This document shows, in pieces, positions 6,983 to 10,297 of a stretch of DNA of 10,297 nt. Location: positions 22,973-33,269 of the forward strand of contig CAYVSA010000017.1 of assembly GCA_964454175.1 (NCBI GenBank), written 5' to 3'. Below the pieces are notes generated by a model, which saw only the letters and a list, made by a program, of their open reading frames with translations, was not told the DNA's origin and did not search any database. The stretch comes from an uncultured Pseudomonadota bacterium. GTDB taxonomy: Bacteria; BMS3Abin14. The translations under genes were made by a program, and so were the position numbers. Within the stretch, counting starts at the first letter, position 1. The number at the start of each line of letters is the position of its first letter.

Positions 6983-7154
6983 CTAATACTTCCTTATTAT
7001 TGGTGAGGGCGCAAAGGCCTGTCAGCGAGCAGCGTGCTCATCTGAGTCGGGGATGTATCCGACAGGCACTTTGCCAATATTTACCCGATGTTAATGGTTT
7101 GGGGGGCGCAATTGCAACGGAGTATTTCGACTGAAGAATGGGGGTCCATCTGTT

Positions 7155-7607
7155 TTAGAACTTAATCCCGACCTGAACATTGTGATTTATGACCGCAGAC
7201 TCGAACATGACCATGATGGAAAGATATTTTTTCCGGTTTTTTGAGTTGAGTTTGTCTGCGATAAAGTAGTTCAGGGCAAAGGAACCCGCAAAATGCATAT
7301 TTACCCTGTCCTTGCTGGGATTTTCTCCAAGGAACGGGTTCAGCTCATATCGGTTCTCGTCCTCCACGATCTGCAGGGTCTGCTGGTAGTCCATGTACCA
7401 GAGTGCTGCGCACCCGACCAGAAGCGCCTTGTCGGTTGTGTCCCAGCTGTCATCGTCCAGGCTTGCCAGTGTTTTCTCTCGGGTGACCGGCTGAAGGTCT
7501 GTCAGGTCAAAGTCCAGACTGGCTACCCTGTTATCCTCCGACCATGCTGCTGCCGGTATGAGCAATATGATGACTAGAGCTGCTGCGTATCCAATTTTGA
7601 GTCTCAT
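7155..7607 (-). CDS. Hypothetical exported/envelope protein (~150 aa)
   Basis: Start moved to ATG 7607 (GGGGG RBS-like; signal peptide MRLKIGYAAALVIILLIPAAAWS). Contains 'D..QT....E.NP.LG..PS'; ends VGIKF. Confidence 0.75.
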   Translation of the reverse strand: MRLKIGYAAALVIILLIPAAAWSEDNRVASLDFDLTDLQPVTREKTLASLDDDSWDTTDKALLVGCAALWYMDYQQTLQIVEDENRYELNPFLGENPSKDRVNMHFAGSFALNYFIADKLNSKNRKKYLSIMVMFESAVINHNVQVGIKF

Positions 7608-7762
7608 TTTCAGCCCCCGATCTTCCCTTCTCAGGCCAAAGCATCCCATGCGCATCTGCTTCCTGATGCGATAAAGCTTCCAAGTCCGGATTGATTGTTG
7701 CTTTGAAGGCAGGCCCTTTATCGACCCGCCTTCAGCGGGCTTTCCTTCTTGCGGTTAACTGT

Positions 7763-10168
7763 TTACTGGCTCTGCAGTACGCCTCCGATCACTGCCGGCG
7801 CGCCATCAATGGTGGGTTCCGTGCCGATATCGGGATCGACCCAGTCAGCGATATCGGGGAGTGTGTATGTGGTGGTTGCCAGCGCGGAACAGTTGGAGAC
7901 AGCCACTGTCTTCATCTGCTGCTCTTTCTCCAGCGCCTTTACGAGATATGTGGTCGTGTCGTCGGAAAGGTCGACCACCTCTGTACCATCAGGCATTGAA
8001 AGTTCAGGCACCCAACGAGTTCCAGGCCCGCAGTCGGTATCCGCCCCCGTGTCCTCGTCAACACACTTGCCGGGCAGGCCCGAGAGGTCGCCAAAGCCGT
8101 TGTACTCGAGGAAGAAGGATGCATTCTGGTAGCTTCCCGCAGCTGCGTGTGTGTACTTCACGGACAGGGGCGCCTGGAAGGTGAGGAAGCTGTCATCGGA
8201 AGGGTCCTGCAGTGCTGTGAATTTGTTCCAGTCATTCGGACCAGTTTCCCATGTGTAGTATTCATCCAGGCTGTTCCAGGCCTGCCAGGCGCATGTAGTG
8301 GTCGTGTCGTATTCGCAGGCGAGGTTGGCGAGGTTCGTAGTGGTTGGCGCGAACATGGGCCCGCTGTTTATCCCCCACTGATAGGCGCTGTTGACAGTTG
8401 TGGCCGACACCGGAGAGCTGTTGTAAGAGATGACCATTCCTCCTGCGCTGTAGGCATAACTGTAGTAACTGGCAGCATAGGGTGATACAGCCTGGTTCTC
8501 GATGTTGCTGGAGTCCAGGAATGGGTTGGTGGAATCGAGGTTTGCCGGGTCCGGACAGCTGGTGAAGCATGCGAAGGTACTCGGTGCCGTGTCCGTGGGA
8601 TACACCATATCCTCAACGAAGGATATGACTGGTGTTGCATCAGAGGCGCTGCAGGAAAAGGAATCATCCGACCAGTCATTGGGTGTCCCGTTGTCGTTGA
8701 AGGTACATGGATCCATTGCGGCTTCGACCCTGCCGCCAAGGGACTGGGACCAGAAATTCAGGCTGGAGTAGGGAACCGTGGTGAGATCGATATTCACTGT
8801 AGGGCTTATATCCTGGTACATCCAGTTGGTGGCCTCAGTGCGTGTGGCGCTCTTTACAAAATTAGTCCCGTCCCAGACTACCCTGTAGTCTGTCCAGTTA
8901 GAGCCGTCCCACTCGTTGTAATCCAGGGGAATATTTTTAACGTCTGCAAGCGTGAGGAGCTTTTTCGTGTGCTTCATGAGCTTGCCCGGAGAGATAAATA
9001 CGTTATACGTAGACTCGGAGCCGCCGCTTGCGCTGTAGGTCTGCTTGCTGACAGTGTCGCCGGTAGTGAGGGAGAGGCTGTCTTCGAACCAGAGTCCCCA
9101 GTAGCCTATCCATCCGTGATAATCGGTTCCACCAGAAGTGTATTTTATGGGGAACCCGGATGTCCTCTCTACGCGTGCGCCGTCGCTGTCATAGAGGCCG
9201 TACCTCCAGATGGATTCGTTAAAATTGTTCCTGTCCAGGCAGAAGGTGCTTCCCGCCACTGCCTCCCGCACGAAGTAGTTCTGGTTGTATGCGATGTTGA
9301 ATGTGGTTTCCGTTGTGCCGTCGAAAGCGTTGTACTGGTTGGTATAGACAGTACCCGAGCCCGTATTCCCGGAAGTGTCCGCCCTGGAAACCGTCACAGC
9401 CTCCTGCCAGGTATTTCCACCGAAGCCGCCCAGGTCCGTGAATTGAACCTGCACTTCGCTGCCCACTTCAACAGTTTGCAGAAGGCCCTTGAACATCTGG
9501 GTGCCGGCTGCTGCTGTGACACCCTTGAAATACATTGTGAAGAGTCCGTAGGGGTTGGTGTCGCTGACACCTTGCGTAATAGTAGATTTGACGTGGATGA
9601 TCTTGGCTGGTTCACGATCGCTGGCAGCTTCGTGTACCCAGACTTTCACGATATGCGGCGAGCTGTTGTCCTGTCTGGCAGAGTTCACCGTCCAGAATTC
9701 ATACTCGGGCATGTTGCCGCCGGAGGACTGGTTCTTCGAGGAGGCATCGTTGGAGGCGTTGTCCCGGCTCCCGCACTGGGTGATGTCGATCATGGCCTTG
9801 TAGTCGCCCAGGTTGATCATGTCCTGGTAGCCGGTCTGACCCACCATACAGAGGATCTCGTTAACTACGTTCAGGGCATCAACCGACTTCTCTTCGACGA
9901 AAACTTCAGCGGAGTCGCTAAAGTAGGCGGCGCCGGAATCAATTACGGTGGTGTCGATGGCAAGGTGTTTCAGACCCATGGAAAGCGGCCGGATCCTTCC
10001 GGCAGAGAGCGAACCAGCCCCATCCTGGGCATCCACAACGCTAACTTTTTCGGTGATCGCCAGTGACGATCCTGTGGCGGTCGAACTGGACCCGTCGCCG
10101 CAGGATACGGCTCCTGTTGAGACGGACAGGACCAGAATTATGGTCAGTATTGTGTTTCGAGATCTCAT
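7763..10168 (-). CDS. Large Cys-rich, Ser/Thr/Asp-rich lipoprotein of unknown function (~801 aa)
   Basis: Long ORF. ATG 10168 is preceded by AGGGGG. Signal peptide MRSRNTILTIILVLSVSTGAVS-C has a lipobox-like AVSC followed by a G/S/T linker. No CxxCH or recognisable enzyme motif. Confidence 0.85.
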   Translation of the reverse strand: MRSRNTILTIILVLSVSTGAVSCGDGSSSTATGSSLAITEKVSVVDAQDGAGSLSAGRIRPLSMGLKHLAIDTTVIDSGAAYFSDSAEVFVEEKSVDALNVVNEILCMVGQTGYQDMINLGDYKAMIDITQCGSRDNASNDASSKNQSSGGNMPEYEFWTVNSARQDNSSPHIVKVWVHEAASDREPAKIIHVKSTITQGVSDTNPYGLFTMYFKGVTAAAGTQMFKGLLQTVEVGSEVQVQFTDLGGFGGNTWQEAVTVSRADTSGNTGSGTVYTNQYNAFDGTTETTFNIAYNQNYFVREAVAGSTFCLDRNNFNESIWRYGLYDSDGARVERTSGFPIKYTSGGTDYHGWIGYWGLWFEDSLSLTTGDTVSKQTYSASGGSESTYNVFISPGKLMKHTKKLLTLADVKNIPLDYNEWDGSNWTDYRVVWDGTNFVKSATRTEATNWMYQDISPTVNIDLTTVPYSSLNFWSQSLGGRVEAAMDPCTFNDNGTPNDWSDDSFSCSASDATPVISFVEDMVYPTDTAPSTFACFTSCPDPANLDSTNPFLDSSNIENQAVSPYAASYYSYAYSAGGMVISYNSSPVSATTVNSAYQWGINSGPMFAPTTTNLANLACEYDTTTTCAWQAWNSLDEYYTWETGPNDWNKFTALQDPSDDSFLTFQAPLSVKYTHAAAGSYQNASFFLEYNGFGDLSGLPGKCVDEDTGADTDCGPGTRWVPELSMPDGTEVVDLSDDTTTYLVKALEKEQQMKTVAVSNCSALATTTYTLPDIADWVDPDIGTEPTIDGAPAVIGGVLQSQ

Positions 10169-10218
10169 GACTTTCCCCCTTTGCACAAATCGCCAAATTT
10201 ATTAACCGGGAGACTAAA

Positions 10219-10235
10219 AGCAAAAAGGGTGCCAA
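10219..10235 (-). promoter_or_regulatory. Sigma54 (RpoN) -24/-12 promoter of the lipoprotein gene
   Basis: Minus strand reads TTGGCAC-CCTTT-TTGCT, with exact GG-N10-GC spacing. Predicted +1 near 10208, about 40 nt before the ATG. Confidence 0.85.
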
Positions 10236-10274
10236 TATATATTAGTATTGTCAGATAGGTAATATTTATTTGTT

Positions 10275-10287
10275 TATCAGTGCGTTA
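10275..10287 (+). promoter_or_regulatory. Putative IHF binding site
   Basis: TATCAG-TGCG-TTA matches WATCARNNNNTTR and is preceded by an A/T tract (10260-10274). It lies about 40 bp upstream of the -24 box, as is common at sigma54 promoters. Confidence 0.6.
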
Positions 10288-10297
10288 GGGGGTATGC

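Noticed and set aside
7061..7077. Sigma54-like TTGGCA upstream of the phosphoesterase
   Set aside because: The -12 position reads GT rather than the near-invariant GC.
7700..7750. c-di-GMP-I (GEMM) riboswitch resemblance, GGAAAGCCCGCTGAAGGCGGGTCGATAAAG
   Set aside because: Tempting given the neighbours, but the GGCAAAC start, GNRA tetraloop, GACGCAAAG junction and tetraloop-receptor stem are not matched. Reported only as an unknown structure.
8969..10066. 365-aa plus-strand ORF
   Set aside because: Lies entirely antisense to the lipoprotein gene with no recognisable motif; a typical shadow ORF arising from codon bias.
7763..10168. Multiheme cytochrome or nanowire assignment for the Cys-rich lipoprotein
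   Set aside because: No CxxCH motif in the sequence.
10169..10186. ORF-track upstream starts (10186, 7655, 2632)
   Set aside because: Downstream ATGs (10168, 7607, 2695) fit RBS, promoter position and signal-peptide structure better.
1..10297. CRISPR array, transposase/integrase, tRNA/rRNA, toxin-antitoxin or anti-phage system
   Set aside because: No repeat-spacer array, terminal inverted repeats with a transposase, RNA-gene signature or defence-domain motif was seen.

Overview
Bacterial chromosomal window of moderate-to-high GC with no mobile element, CRISPR array, rRNA or tRNA. The gene mix (a stand-alone PilZ gene, many REC/HD-GYP domains, a sigma54 promoter) is compatible with a deltaproteobacteria-like organism, but this is inference. 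Nine CDSs, eight on the minus strand: NitT/TauT-family ABC permease and ATPase (no binding-protein gene beside them), ubiE/menG, a plus-strand PilZ protein, a single-domain response regulator, a 739-aa REC*-REC-GGDEF*-REC*-HD-GYP protein, an exported metallophosphoesterase, a ~150-aa exported hypothetical protein and an ~801-aa Cys-rich lipoprotein of unknown family. Four things stand out. (1) A PleD-like protein that appears converted into a c-di-GMP-sensing phosphodiesterase: dead GGDEF site, intact RxxD I-site, intact HD-GYP, clustered with PilZ and a DivK-like receiver. (2) A near-consensus sigma54 promoter plus IHF site driving the orphan lipoprotein. (3) Two strongly self-complementary intergenic leaders with mutually exclusive folds. 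(4) A perfect 18-bp palindrome and heptamer repeats at gene 3' ends. I cannot show from sequence alone that any of this is a new system; these are testable candidates.
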